Positions 25,008 to 34,439 of a DNA stretch of 64,000 nt are shown one piece after another. Below the pieces are notes generated by a model that did not search any database, was not told where the DNA came from, and saw only the letters and a list, made by a program, of their open reading frames with translations. Source of the DNA: Vibrio sp. (lineage in GTDB: Bacteria; Pseudomonadota; Gammaproteobacteria; Enterobacterales; Vibrionaceae); the NCBI GenBank assembly GCA_050296215.1, contig JBNKRC010000001.1, forward strand, positions 40 through 64,039, in the 5' to 3' direction. A program made the position numbers and the translations under genes. Within the stretch, counting starts at the first letter, position 1. Each line of letters opens with the position of its first letter.

Positions 25008-25982
25008 TTAAGCACGCGAGAACGGGAAAGCAATCACCTGTTCAATCGATTCCAGGCCCAGCGCCAGCATAATTAAGCGATCAATACCCAGTGCCACTCC
25101 GGCACAGGCAGGTAAACCACTTTCCAGTGCGGCAAGAAGGAGTTCATCAATCGGCTGAACCGCCAATCCCATTTCACTCCGCATCCGGTTATCCGCATCA
25201 AAGCGCCGGTGCTGTTCCTGAGCATCATCAAGCTCATGAAAACCGTTCGCCAGTTCAATGCCTTTAAAATAGACCTCAAAACGATCCGCTACCCGGGCGT
25301 CATCAAGGCTGATTTTGGCTAATGCCGCCTGGGATGCAGGAAAATGGTAAACGAAAGCCGGTACATCCTGCCCAATCTCAGGCTCAATCAGCATACTGAA
25401 CAGCAGTTGCAGCAATGTGTCACGATTGGTTTCATCCTGCGCAATATCAGCAAAACCATGCTTTGCGGCGTACTCACGCAGCTCATCAAGCGACGCCTCC
25501 AGAGGACAAAAGCCTAACACGGTCTGAAACGCCTGTTGATAGGTCATTTTCCGGGCCGGCCCCGTCAAGAGAATCAGTTGCAGTAACTGATCCATTTCAT
25601 CCATCAAATCATGATGATCAAATCCGGTTCGGTACCATTCAAGCATGGTGAACTCCGGATTATGATGCCGCCCGCTCTCTTCATTACGGAATGACTTGGT
25701 GATCTGGTAAATTGAGCCGCTTCCCGCCGCTAACAGACGTTTCATATGGAACTCAGGGCTGGTCATCAGATAGACATCCTGACCTGATGCATGCCCGGGG
25801 CCGACAAAATGGCTTTTAAAGGTCTGAAGATGAATATCCGTAACCGTTGCCTGACTCATCACCGGAGTTTCCACTTCCAGCACTTGTCTTTCACTAAAAA
25901 ACTGGCGTATTGTCTGAATAAGCTGTGCACGGTGTTGCAGGCTTTCTAAGCCGGCGCTGGGGCGCCATAATGTTGAGTTCAT
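25008..25982 (-). CDS. epmA: EF-P beta-lysine ligase
   Basis: [42 protein letters not shown]. Confidence 0.96.
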   Translation of the reverse strand: MNSTLWRPSAGLESLQHRAQLIQTIRQFFSERQVLEVETPVMSQATVTDIHLQTFKSHFVGPGHASGQDVYLMTSPEFHMKRLLAAGSGSIYQITKSFRNEESGRHHNPEFTMLEWYRTGFDHHDLMDEMDQLLQLILLTGPARKMTYQQAFQTVLGFCPLEASLDELREYAAKHGFADIAQDETNRDTLLQLLFSMLIEPEIGQDVPAFVYHFPASQAALAKISLDDARVADRFEVYFKGIELANGFHELDDAQEQHRRFDADNRMRSEMGLAVQPIDELLLAALESGLPACAGVALGIDRLIMLALGLESIEQVIAFPFSRA

Positions 25983-26104
25983 GGTTGTACCGGTTAAATT
26001 AATCGCGGCTGGCATTTTAGCCGATTAGCTAATGATACCCAAGTTACCTCAAGAGGTTAGACGGTAAAGTAGTCATGGCTGATATCAACATGAATAGACA
26101 AAAA

Positions 26105-26120
26105 CGTGATCACCATCACA
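26105..26120. promoter_or_regulatory. CRP-type site upstream of frdA
   Basis: CGTGA-N6-TCACA. Confidence 0.55.
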
Positions 26121-26278
26121 TAGGGGCGATATTTTATGCTTCCGATTACAGCTCTCTCTTAAAAGCCCAACAAAATCAATTTTTTCGTTACATGGCTCAT
26201 TTACACTGCCATAAGTCTCAAAAGTTTTTAATTTCAAAATAACTAGCGGACTCGTCCGCATACAACTGGAGGATAACT

Positions 26279-28081
26279 GTGAAAATAGTAACCACAGATA
26301 TCGCAATCGTCGGCGCAGGTGGCGCTGGGCTTCGATCCGCAATCGCAGCAGCAGAAGCTAATCCCGACGTTGAAGTCGCACTGATCTCGAAAGTCTACCC
26401 CATGCGTTCTCACTCAGTTGCTGCAGAGGGTGGTTCTGCGGCAGTCATTAAAGAGGAAGATAGCCTGGATAATCACTTTAACGATACCGTTGGTGGTGGT
26501 GACTGGCTGTGTGAACAAAACGTTGTGGAATATTTCGTTGAGAATGCTACACGTGAAATGATCCAGATGGAGCAATGGGGTTGTCCGTGGAGCCGTAAAG
26601 AAAACGGTGAAATCAACGTTCGCCGCTTTGGTGGTATGAAAGTAGAGCGTACCTGGTTTGCTGCCGATAAAACCGGTTTCCATATGCTTCACACTCTGTT
26701 CCAGACGTCAATGAAATACCCGCAAATCAAACGATTTGATGAATATTTCGTGGTTGATTTGCTGGTTCATGAAGGTGAGGTTCAGGGGCTGATCGCGATT
26801 CATATGGCTGAAGGTGAATTAGTCGCGATTAAAGCCAAGTCCGTGATTCTGGCGACAGGTGGTGCTGGCCGGGTTTATCACTGCAACACCAACGGCGGTA
26901 TTGTTACCGGTGACGGTATGGCAATGGCGTACCGCCATGGCGTACCGCTGCGTGATATGGAATTTGTCCAGTATCACCCGACCGGTCTGCCGGGTACCGG
27001 TATCCTGATGACCGAAGGTTGTCGTGGTGAAGGTGGTATCATCGTCAATAAAAACGGATACCGCTATTTACAAGACTACGGTATGGGACCAGAGACTCCG
27101 GTTGGCGAACCTAAAAACAAATATATGGAACTTGGTCCGCGTGACAAAGTTTCGCAGGCATTCTGGCATGAACAGCAAAAAGGCAACACCATCGAACACC
27201 CGCTCGGTGATGTGGTACACCTTGACCTGCGCCATCTGGGTGAAGAGTATCTTCACGAACGTTTACCATTCATCTGCGAACTGGCTAAAGCCTACGTTAA
27301 CGTCGATCCGGCGAAAGAGCCGATTCCGATTCGTCCTACCGTGCACTACACCATGGGTGGTATCGAAACGGATGCTCAGTGTGAAACCCGCATCAAAGGT
27401 CTGTTCGCCGTGGGTGAATGTGCCTCTGTCGGCCTGCACGGTGCCAACCGTTTAGGTTCTAACTCACTGGCTGAGTTTGTGGTATTCGGCCGCGTTGCCG
27501 GTGAAGGTGCGGTAAAACGTGCATCTGAATTCAGCGATTGGGATCAGGATGCCATTCAGGCGCAAATGGATGCGGTCGAAGTACGCATCAATCAGATTCT
27601 GAGTCAGGAAGGCGAAGAAAACTGGGCCGATATCCGCACAGAAATGGGTAAGACCATGGAAGCCGGTTGTGGTATCTACCGCCAGGAAGATCTGATGCAG
27701 CAGACCATTGAAAAAATTACCGAACTGAAACAGCGCTATAAAAACATCAGCATCAAGGACAAAGGCAAAGTATTCAACACCGACCTGTTTTATGCGATTG
27801 AAGTGGGTTATGGCCTGGAAGTGGCAGAAGCGATGGTTCACTCAGCTATCCGCCGTAAAGAATCCCGTGGTGCACACCAACGTTTAGACGAAGGCTGCAC
27901 AGAACGTGATGATGAAAAATTCCTCAAACACTCATTGGCTTTCTATCAGCCTGATACTGCACCAAGCATTGACTACAGTGATGTCACCATCACTAAGTCA
28001 CAGCCTAAAGCGCGTCTCTATGGTGAAGCAGCTGAAAAAGCAGCGGCTGAAGAAAAAGCAAATCAGGCAGAGGAGGAATAA
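26279..28081 (+). CDS. frdA: Fumarate reductase flavoprotein subunit
   Basis: [16 protein letters not shown] (FAD-His), [11 protein letters not shown]; GTG start. Confidence 0.98.
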   Translation: MKIVTTDIAIVGAGGAGLRSAIAAAEANPDVEVALISKVYPMRSHSVAAEGGSAAVIKEEDSLDNHFNDTVGGGDWLCEQNVVEYFVENATREMIQMEQWGCPWSRKENGEINVRRFGGMKVERTWFAADKTGFHMLHTLFQTSMKYPQIKRFDEYFVVDLLVHEGEVQGLIAIHMAEGELVAIKAKSVILATGGAGRVYHCNTNGGIVTGDGMAMAYRHGVPLRDMEFVQYHPTGLPGTGILMTEGCRGEGGIIVNKNGYRYLQDYGMGPETPVGEPKNKYMELGPRDKVSQAFWHEQQKGNTIEHPLGDVVHLDLRHLGEEYLHERLPFICELAKAYVNVDPAKEPIPIRPTVHYTMGGIETDAQCETRIKGLFAVGECASVGLHGANRLGSNSLAEFVVFGRVAGEGAVKRASEFSDWDQDAIQAQMDAVEVRINQILSQEGEENWADIRTEMGKTMEAGCGIYRQEDLMQQTIEKITELKQRYKNISIKDKGKVFNTDLFYAIEVGYGLEVAEAMVHSAIRRKESRGAHQRLDEGCTERDDEKFLKHSLAFYQPDTAPSIDYSDVTITKSQPKARLYGEAAEKAAAEEKANQAEEE

Positions 28082-28083
28082 TC

Positions 28084-28827
28084 ATGCCAGCAGAACGAAT
28101 GCAAAAAGTGAACATCCTCCGCTATGATCCGGAGAAAGATGCCGAGCCGTACATGCAGTCATTCGATGTTCCGTACAACGAAACCATGTCGGTACTCGAT
28201 GCAATTGGCTATGTAAAAGACCATTTGGACAAACATCTGTCCTACCGCTGGTCGTGCCGCATGGCGATCTGCGGTTCTTGTGGTGTGATGGTAAACGGGA
28301 TTCCGAAACTCGCCTGTAAAACCTTCCTGCGCGATTACCCGGATGGTGTAACGATCGAGCCACTGGCAAACTTCCCGATCGAGAAAGATTTAATTGTCGA
28401 TATGACGCCGTTTATCGAACGTCTTGAAGCGATAAAACCTTATATTATCGGCAACGACAGAACACCGGAAGATGGTCCGAATAACCAGACACCGGAGCAA
28501 CTGGCCAAATACAAACAGTTTGCCGGTTGTATCAACTGTGGTTTGTGTTATGCCGCCTGTCCTCAGTTTGGCTTAAACCCCGAGTTTATCGGTCCGGCTG
28601 CACTGACTCTGGCTCACCGCTACAATCTGGACAGCCGCGACAACGGTAAAGCAGAACGGATGAAACTGATTAACAGCGATAACGGCGCATGGGGCTGTAC
28701 GTTCGTCGGTTTCTGTTCTGAAGTATGTCCGAAGAATGTTGACCCGGCTGCCGCGGTTAACCAGGGTAAAGTTGAATCATCAAAAGACTTTGTCATTGCG
28801 ATGTTTAAACAAGGGGAGGCTGAATAA
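28084..28827 (+). CDS. frdB: Fumarate reductase iron-sulfur subunit
   Basis: [34 protein letters not shown]. Confidence 0.98.
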   Translation: MPAERMQKVNILRYDPEKDAEPYMQSFDVPYNETMSVLDAIGYVKDHLDKHLSYRWSCRMAICGSCGVMVNGIPKLACKTFLRDYPDGVTIEPLANFPIEKDLIVDMTPFIERLEAIKPYIIGNDRTPEDGPNNQTPEQLAKYKQFAGCINCGLCYAACPQFGLNPEFIGPAALTLAHRYNLDSRDNGKAERMKLINSDNGAWGCTFVGFCSEVCPKNVDPAAAVNQGKVESSKDFVIAMFKQGEAE

Positions 28828-29210
28828 TGAGCAACCGCAAACCCTATGTAAGAGAAGTGAAACGTACCTGGTGGAATAAACTCGCCTTTTACCGTTTCTA
28901 CATGTTGCGTGAAGCAACCGTGCTACCATTGATCCTGTTTACCTTATTCCTGACCATTGGTTTAGGCTGTCTGGTAAAAGGTCCGCAAGCCTGGTATGAA
29001 TGGTTAGAGTTTATGGCAAACCCGGTTGTGATCGCGATTAACGTGGTCGCACTGGCAGGCAGTCTGCTACATGCTCATACCTTCTTTGGCATGATGCCGC
29101 AAGTGGTACCGATGCGACTGAAAGGCAAGTTAATCGATAAGAAAATTATCGTACTGAGCCAATGGGTTGCTGTTGCCGTGATTTCTGCACTTGTGCTCAT
29201 CATCGTTTAA
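28827..29210 (+). CDS. frdC: Fumarate reductase subunit C
   Basis: RKPYVR...WW...FYRFYMLRE, three TM helices. Confidence 0.95.
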   Translation: MSNRKPYVREVKRTWWNKLAFYRFYMLREATVLPLILFTLFLTIGLGCLVKGPQAWYEWLEFMANPVVIAINVVALAGSLLHAHTFFGMMPQVVPMRLKGKLIDKKIIVLSQWVAVAVISALVLIIV

Positions 29211-29220
29211 GGAGACACAC

Positions 29221-29583
29221 ATGATTAACCAAAATCCAAAACGTTCAGATGAACCCGTCTGGTGGAGCCTGTTCGGTGCAGGCGGCACCTGGTTCGCTAT
29301 GATCACGCCTGTGACTATCCTGGTGTTAGGTATTCTGGTTCCGCTGGGTATCATTGATGCCGATGCATTAAGTTATGATCGTGTCGCTGACTTTGCCACC
29401 AGCATCATCGGTGCGCTGTTTGTGATTGCGACGCTGGCACTGCCAATGTGGCATGCCATGCACCGTGTTCACCATGGTATGCACGACCTGAAATTCCATA
29501 CTGGTGTGGTTGGTAAGATCGCTTGCTACGGCATTGCTGGTTTTATTACCGGTCTTTCGGTTGTGTTTATTTGTATGATTTAA
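29221..29583 (+). CDS. frdD: Fumarate reductase subunit D
   Basis: [29 protein letters not shown]. Confidence 0.95.
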   Translation: MINQNPKRSDEPVWWSLFGAGGTWFAMITPVTILVLGILVPLGIIDADALSYDRVADFATSIIGALFVIATLALPMWHAMHRVHHGMHDLKFHTGVVGKIACYGIAGFITGLSVVFICMI

Positions 29584-29605
29584 GTTTGTGTTTATATTCC
29601 GAGCT

Positions 29606-29636
29606 TAAAAAAGCGCCGAATTTTTCGGCGCTTTTT
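29606..29636. terminator. frd operon terminator (bidirectional type)
   Basis: aaaaaagcgccgaa-ttt-ttcggcgcttttt. Confidence 0.8.
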
Positions 29637-29673
29637 GTTTGTTCTGTCGGTGAGTTTTTCGGGGATATGGTGG

Positions 29674-29764
29674 GTATAGTGCGCGTTTCGTTTTTCGGTC
29701 AGTTTGGGTTGTTTGTCAGCGCCCCAGTTACTTTTGCCAGGCAGCAAAAGTAACCAATAATGCC
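29674..29764 (+). repeat. Left arm of a ~91-bp imperfect inverted repeat (REP/MITE-like) with an internal GTTACTTTTGC...GCAAAAGTAAC hairpin
   Basis: Reverse complement aligns without gaps to 31321-31411, 12 mismatches in 91 bp by manual count. Confidence 0.9.
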
Positions 29765-29883
29765 GCATTAAGACATAACCAACGCGTTTGATTAACCGAA
29801 ACCAATGTACTCAAATAAGTAAATCCAGCTCATAACGCAAAATATTTGCCGTTGAGAGTTACTATCGAATGCTTTGTACGAGG
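29755..29883 (-). mobile_element. Degenerate Vibrio-type integron attC site (~129 bp)
   Basis: Minus strand, directly after the chaperone stop: cctcgTACAAAGCATTCG...CTCAACG...GGTTTCGGTT...GCGTTG...CTTAATGCGGCATTA. Compare the recalled VXR form TAACAAAGCATTCAAG...CTTAATGCGGCGTTA. Both core sites are mutated. Confidence 0.7.
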
Positions 29884-29884
29884 T

Positions 29885-30268
29885 TTAGTTGCCTTCGACT
29901 CGCTGAGTCATTGCTTGAAAGTTTACCGTTGGTAGCACCAAAGTTTCATATCCAGCATTTAATGTTAACAAACTAACAAAACTACGAAGATAAGGATATG
30001 CGATTGCAGGAGCATTAACGGTAGGGAAGTGTGAGTTTCTAAATTCTGTCGAGATATCTTCATCAGTTTCAAATTCAGCCACATATCCTAATTGAAGCTC
30101 ATAGCCATGTTCAGAGGTAATTTCAACATCAAACTTAACAATGAAAGAGTTAAGCTCTTTATCTGAGTAACCATTAGCCATACCTAAAGAGAAATTGTCT
30201 TTTGTAATCTCATCATTTGAAATAAGATTTAGATTCTCAACTCGAGTGTTTTTCAGTTGAATTTTCAT
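29885..30268 (-). CDS. SecB-like chaperone of a TAC system (CmdC-like)
   Basis: NAPAIAYPYLRSFVSLLTLNAGYETLVLPTVNF is the SecB-like C-terminal motif; third gene of the operon. Confidence 0.88.
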   Translation of the reverse strand: MKIQLKNTRVENLNLISNDEITKDNFSLGMANGYSDKELNSFIVKFDVEITSEHGYELQLGYVAEFETDEDISTEFRNSHFPTVNAPAIAYPYLRSFVSLLTLNAGYETLVLPTVNFQAMTQRVEGN

Positions 30269-30272
30269 AAAG

Positions 30273-30521
30273 TTATGCCGCTAACTGGAATGTAGAATCG
30301 TTCGCAGTTCCTAACATGAAATTTTCTTCACAACCACTGAGGGACACACTATGCCTGTATGTAATTGTCCCCGTGTCTGGAAGAAAACTCTTCTCAGACA
30401 TATTGAAAGTAAGTTTACGAACTGGGGTGTACCCAGCTTTAACGCACTCAGTTTCAAATTCATCTGCTGTCATAGAGTCAATATGTGCAAGAGCTTCATC
30501 TAACATCTGTTGTAAATTCAT
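30273..30521 (-). CDS. Putative antitoxin with ssrA-like C-terminal degron (CmdA-like)
   Basis: 82 aa, start overlaps the toxin stop (TAATG); ends ...TANDSTFQLAA, cf. ssrA tag AANDENYALAA. Confidence 0.8.
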   Translation of the reverse strand: MNLQQMLDEALAHIDSMTADEFETECVKAGYTPVRKLTFNMSEKSFLPDTGTITYRHSVSLSGCEENFMLGTANDSTFQLAA

Positions 30522-31075
30522 TACATTACCTCCCCATCACAAACGATTTCTATAGTTTCTTTAACTATAGAAGCTGGTACTTTAACACACAAGACCGTTG
30601 TATTAGGAACATTTGAGCCAATTTTCTTTATCCGTTGTATCTTAGATTTTATATAAAGATTATGCACCACTGCATCGAGTTTCATTGTTTGCGCCACTAA
30701 ATTCCACATAATGCGGTCATCACACCAAACGTTCCTGTTCTTTTGGAAACACTCATCGTGTTTTTTTATCAATGCATCCCTGAGAGTATTAAATACTTTC
30801 AAACCGTCTAGGTTCGTTGTATCTAAAACTCGGCCACATACAACTTCTGCTTTAAAAACAACAAACTTATCGTAATCAACTTTGCCCTTGTTATATGCTT
30901 GGTTTTTCGCCCACTCCATGGCGTTTTTTTGTGGGTCACTTATACCATCTACAAAAAAGTAAACACCATACCCTAACCATTCATCTTCATTTTCGCTTTC
31001 TCGGAAGTTTTCCGACAAGATAGAGTCGATGTTATCAAAATCTGATCCGTGAAAGCCATTATATTGAATTGTCAC
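30521..31075 (-). CDS. Putative ADP-ribosyltransferase toxin (CmdT-like)
   Basis: GFHGS (His9) and WLGYGVYFF (Tyr39), typical of H-Y-x ART folds; first gene of the toxin-antitoxin-chaperone operon; GTG start. Confidence 0.78.
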   Translation of the reverse strand: MTIQYNGFHGSDFDNIDSILSENFRESENEDEWLGYGVYFFVDGISDPQKNAMEWAKNQAYNKGKVDYDKFVVFKAEVVCGRVLDTTNLDGLKVFNTLRDALIKKHDECFQKNRNVWCDDRIMWNLVAQTMKLDAVVHNLYIKSKIQRIKKIGSNVPNTTVLCVKVPASIVKETIEIVCDGEVM

Positions 31076-31320
31076 AAAAACTATCCGAGTTATTTTGCCC
31101 TAAACGTGGTATTTCAAAAATAGAAACTATTATGCATTCTGACACACAATGCTATCTATTAAAACCTTAACAGTTCTTATACGAGCACTATTCGTATAAC
31201 TCATAATGGCCCACTTTCGTTTCAGAAACTCACTGCACCAGGGAAAATTTCAGGGATGAAATTTTAGGTTTTGGCGCTTGGAGCGATCCAAAACCGACCG
31301 GACCACGAGCTCGAATCCCA

Positions 31321-31411
31321 GGCATTTTTGGTTACTTTAGCTGCCCGGCAAAAGTAACTGGGGCGCTGGCGAATAACTCAAATTGGCCGAAAAACAAAAA
31401 GCGCACCATAC
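31321..31411 (-). repeat. Right arm of the ~91-bp inverted repeat
   Basis: ggcatttttggttactttagctgcccggcaaaagtaactggggcgctg... is the reverse complement of the left arm. Confidence 0.9.
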
Positions 31412-31430
31412 TCCCCCACCCCAAAATAAC

Positions 31431-32558
31431 CTACAAATGCTTATGAAACCGCTTAGCCGCCACAAAAATCCCCACACAGGTAAAGCCAACCAGCCACAAC
31501 GCATCTTTACTTAAGGAGAAGACTTCCGCTTTTCTTAACACCACCCCGCGCACCATGCGGATGAAATGCGTTGCCGGGAAGACTTCCGCAATCCACTGAG
31601 CCGCCGCAGGCATCGCTTCATAGGGAAACATAAAACCGGACAACAGGATCGACGGCATTAACACGAACACGGTCATCTGCATCGCCTGTAACTGGGTCTT
31701 GGCAATCGTACTGATCACCAGCCCCATCGTCAGGCTGGCGCAGATAAACAGTAACGAGGCAAGCAACAACGAATCCAGCCCGCCGCGAATCGGCACCGAA
31801 AATACCCAGTGCCCCACCCCAAGGATAATGGCTACCTGAATTAACCCGACCAGAACATAGGGTACGATTTTCCCGACCATTAATTCAAACGGCTGAACCG
31901 GCGTTACAATCAAAAACTCCATATTCCCCAGTTCACGTTCACGGACTATCGCCGCGGAGGTAAACATAATCATGGTCATGGTCAGAATAACCGCCAGCAG
32001 ACCCGGCACGGTGTTGACCACTGAACGCTGCTCGGGATTGAAATATTCCACCACCTCAAACGTCGGCACACTCTGAACGACGGAACGCCCGGCCACTTCA
32101 TCCAGTGGTAAATTACGTAATGCACGGATGCTGGCTGCCACCATGGTATCGGAGCCATCAAGCAGCCACTGACCGACCGGCTGAGTGATCGGCGACATCT
32201 CACGCTTACCGTCAAACGCCGGATGATTCACCAGCCGGTGACCTAAATCGGGAGGGAGATACAGTACGGCTTTAACTTCTCCATTCGTGATCGCTTTTTC
32301 TGCCTGCGACAGTGAGGTATAGAGATATTTAAAATCAACCACCTGAGTTACGCTGATTGCCTGTTCGATTGCCCGGCTGTAGCTGCTCTGACTCATATCC
32401 ACCATACCGGCAGGGATATGGCGCACATCGGTATTGATCGCGTAACCAAAGAGCAGCAGCTGTAACATCGGGATCATAACGATCATACCGAACGTCATAC
32501 GATCCCGCCGGAGCTGTTTCAGCTCTTTGATCACAATCGCCATCAGTCTAGCCAACAT
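31431..32558 (-). CDS. ABC-2 transporter permease (YbhR/S-like)
   Basis: KELKQLRRD, IVRERELGNME, GKIVPY, LLSGFMFP. Confidence 0.92.
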   Translation of the reverse strand: MLARLMAIVIKELKQLRRDRMTFGMIVMIPMLQLLLFGYAINTDVRHIPAGMVDMSQSSYSRAIEQAISVTQVVDFKYLYTSLSQAEKAITNGEVKAVLYLPPDLGHRLVNHPAFDGKREMSPITQPVGQWLLDGSDTMVAASIRALRNLPLDEVAGRSVVQSVPTFEVVEYFNPEQRSVVNTVPGLLAVILTMTMIMFTSAAIVRERELGNMEFLIVTPVQPFELMVGKIVPYVLVGLIQVAIILGVGHWVFSVPIRGGLDSLLLASLLFICASLTMGLVISTIAKTQLQAMQMTVFVLMPSILLSGFMFPYEAMPAAAQWIAEVFPATHFIRMVRGVVLRKAEVFSLSKDALWLVGFTCVGIFVAAKRFHKHL

Positions 32559-33504
32559 GACGACCTCCCGTACTTAATACAAAGACATCTTCCAGACTGG
32601 GGCGAACCTCATCCATCTGATAATCGGGACAACAGGATGCAATTAACGCTTTCGGGTCGGCGTGTTGCTGCCGGATAAGTACCCTCAGACGGCTGCCGAT
32701 CTGCGACGCGGAAATAATATCATCCACACCGCTGAGACGCTGTTTGACTCCCCGTAAGTCATCGCCTCTGATTTCAATCACTTTCGCGCCCATTGATTCC
32801 ATCAGATCCCGGGGAGAGCCATCGGCTCGTTTCACCCCTTTTTCCATGATGGCTAGCTGATGACAGCGTTCCGCTTCATCCATATAGTGGGTCGATACCA
32901 GAATCGTGGTGCCTGCCGAGCAGAGATCGAACAGACTTTCCCAGAAATCACGCCGGTTCTGCGGGTCGACGGCGGATGTAGGCTCATCGAGAAAAAGCAG
33001 TTCCGGCCGGTGCATGGTGGCGCACGCTAAAGCCAGGCGCTGCTTTTGGCCGCCACTCATGGTACCCGCCAGCTGTTTACTCCGTTTACTCAGCTCGTAC
33101 TGTTCCAGTAACTCATCCACACGGTATTTATCTTTCACACCATAAATCTTGCCTACAAAACGCAGATTTTCTAATACGGTGAGATTGTCGTATAAGGAAA
33201 ACTTTTGCGTCATATACCCGATACGGTTTTTGAGTTTTTCTTCATTACCCGCCAGCGGCTCACCAAGAATATTCACCTTCCCGGCCGAGGGCGGCAGCAA
33301 TCCGGTCAGCATGCGGATAAGTGTCGACTTGCCGCAACCGTTCGGTCCGAGAAATCCGTAAATGCTGCCTTTGACCACCTTGAGGTCCAGTGAATCCACG
33401 GCGGTTAAATCCCCGAAGCGCCGCGTCAGTCCGTACGCTTCAATCGCATAGTCTGTCGCATAATCTGTTGCATAGCCTGCGTCGTTCATCTCCGCTCCGC
33501 TCAT
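32548..33504 (-). CDS. ABC transporter ATP-binding protein
   Basis: GPNGCGKS, MSGGQKQR, LFLDEPT, THYMDEAE. Confidence 0.95.
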   Translation of the reverse strand: MSGAEMNDAGYATDYATDYAIEAYGLTRRFGDLTAVDSLDLKVVKGSIYGFLGPNGCGKSTLIRMLTGLLPPSAGKVNILGEPLAGNEEKLKNRIGYMTQKFSLYDNLTVLENLRFVGKIYGVKDKYRVDELLEQYELSKRSKQLAGTMSGGQKQRLALACATMHRPELLFLDEPTSAVDPQNRRDFWESLFDLCSAGTTILVSTHYMDEAERCHQLAIMEKGVKRADGSPRDLMESMGAKVIEIRGDDLRGVKQRLSGVDDIISASQIGSRLRVLIRQQHADPKALIASCCPDYQMDEVRPSLEDVFVLSTGGRHVG

Positions 33505-34439
33505 GGTAAATGCACCTCAACACCGATGCCGACCACCAACGACTCATCTTGTGGTAACTCAATATCAGTGAGATACATCAAACGCGCACGATCACGTTCA
33601 TTCAGCGCAAAATAAGGGGTAAATGCCGGGCGACTTCGGATGTTTGAAACTTTCCCCCTGACCGGCTTATCCCGTCCGGAAACCAGCACCTCTACCAGAT
33701 CACCCTGATGAATTTTATTCAGCGCCGTCGCGGGAAGGTACACCCGTGCATAAGTCCGCTTATCCGACAACAGGGTAATTAACTGCACGCCCGCCGCAAT
33801 GCGATCCCCTTGCTGCCAGGGCAGGATATCCACCACCCCAGATTCTGGCGCGACTAAGGTTAAATCATCCAGTGACTGTTTTGCATAATCCAGCTCCGCC
33901 TGAGCCAGCCGTACCTGTGCCTCAGCCTGAGCCACCTCTTCACTGCGAGCCCCGTTTTTTAACTCTAACCACTGCTGATTTGCCTGAGCCAGCTGAGCCG
34001 CACTTTGATCTTTTTGTGCCCTTGCGGCATCCAGTTCGGCTTTATTTGCCACATTTTGTCCATATAACGTCTTGATGCGCTGATAGCGCTTATCTGCTTC
34101 ATCAGCCTGAGCCCGAGCGGCCTGCACCGCAGCTCTGGCGGCCGATAACTGTTCACGCCGCGCACCGCTCTGCACCTGATCTAACTGAGCTCGCGCCAAA
34201 TCCAGTGACGCCCGCTTCTGTTCAACCACCGCCAGGGCATGGCGATCATCCAACTGAAGCAGAAGATCCCCGGCCTGCACCGGCTGCCCCTCCTCTACCG
34301 CAATCATACGGATCGGTTCCGATGCGGGTGCCGAGAGAACGATCCGGTCACGCTCTACCACGCCCATCGCCCGATCGCCCTGTTCTTCTCCACAACCGAT
34401 CAGGAGAAAGATCAGTAACGCACTGAGAAAATATTTCAT
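33501..34439 (-). CDS. HlyD-family periplasmic adaptor (lipoprotein-like)
   Basis: LLIGC lipobox, VEEGQPVQAGDLL, long coiled coil, FTPY motif. Confidence 0.9.
   Translation of the reverse strand: MKYFLSALLIFLLIGCGEEQGDRAMGVVERDRIVLSAPASEPIRMIAVEEGQPVQAGDLLLQLDDRHALAVVEQKRASLDLARAQLDQVQSGARREQLSAARAAVQAARAQADEADKRYQRIKTLYGQNVANKAELDAARAQKDQSAAQLAQANQQWLELKNGARSEEVAQAEAQVRLAQAELDYAKQSLDDLTLVAPESGVVDILPWQQGDRIAAGVQLITLLSDKRTYARVYLPATALNKIHQGDLVEVLVSGRDKPVRGKVSNIRSRPAFTPYFALNERDRARLMYLTDIELPQDESLVVGIGVEVHLP

Noticed and set aside
29523-29753. 76-aa ORF after frdD
   Set aside because: It crosses the frd terminator and the inverted-repeat arm, so it is most likely non-coding.
29758-29772. TAATGCCGCATTAAG resembling the IS4 terminal repeat
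   Set aside because: Only the first 8 bp match, and it is better explained as the attC end overlapping the repeat arm.
31160-31200. A bona fide dif, pdif or loxP site
   Set aside because: There is no TTATGTTAAAT XerD arm and the dyad orientation is opposite to loxP. Kept only as a speculative finding.
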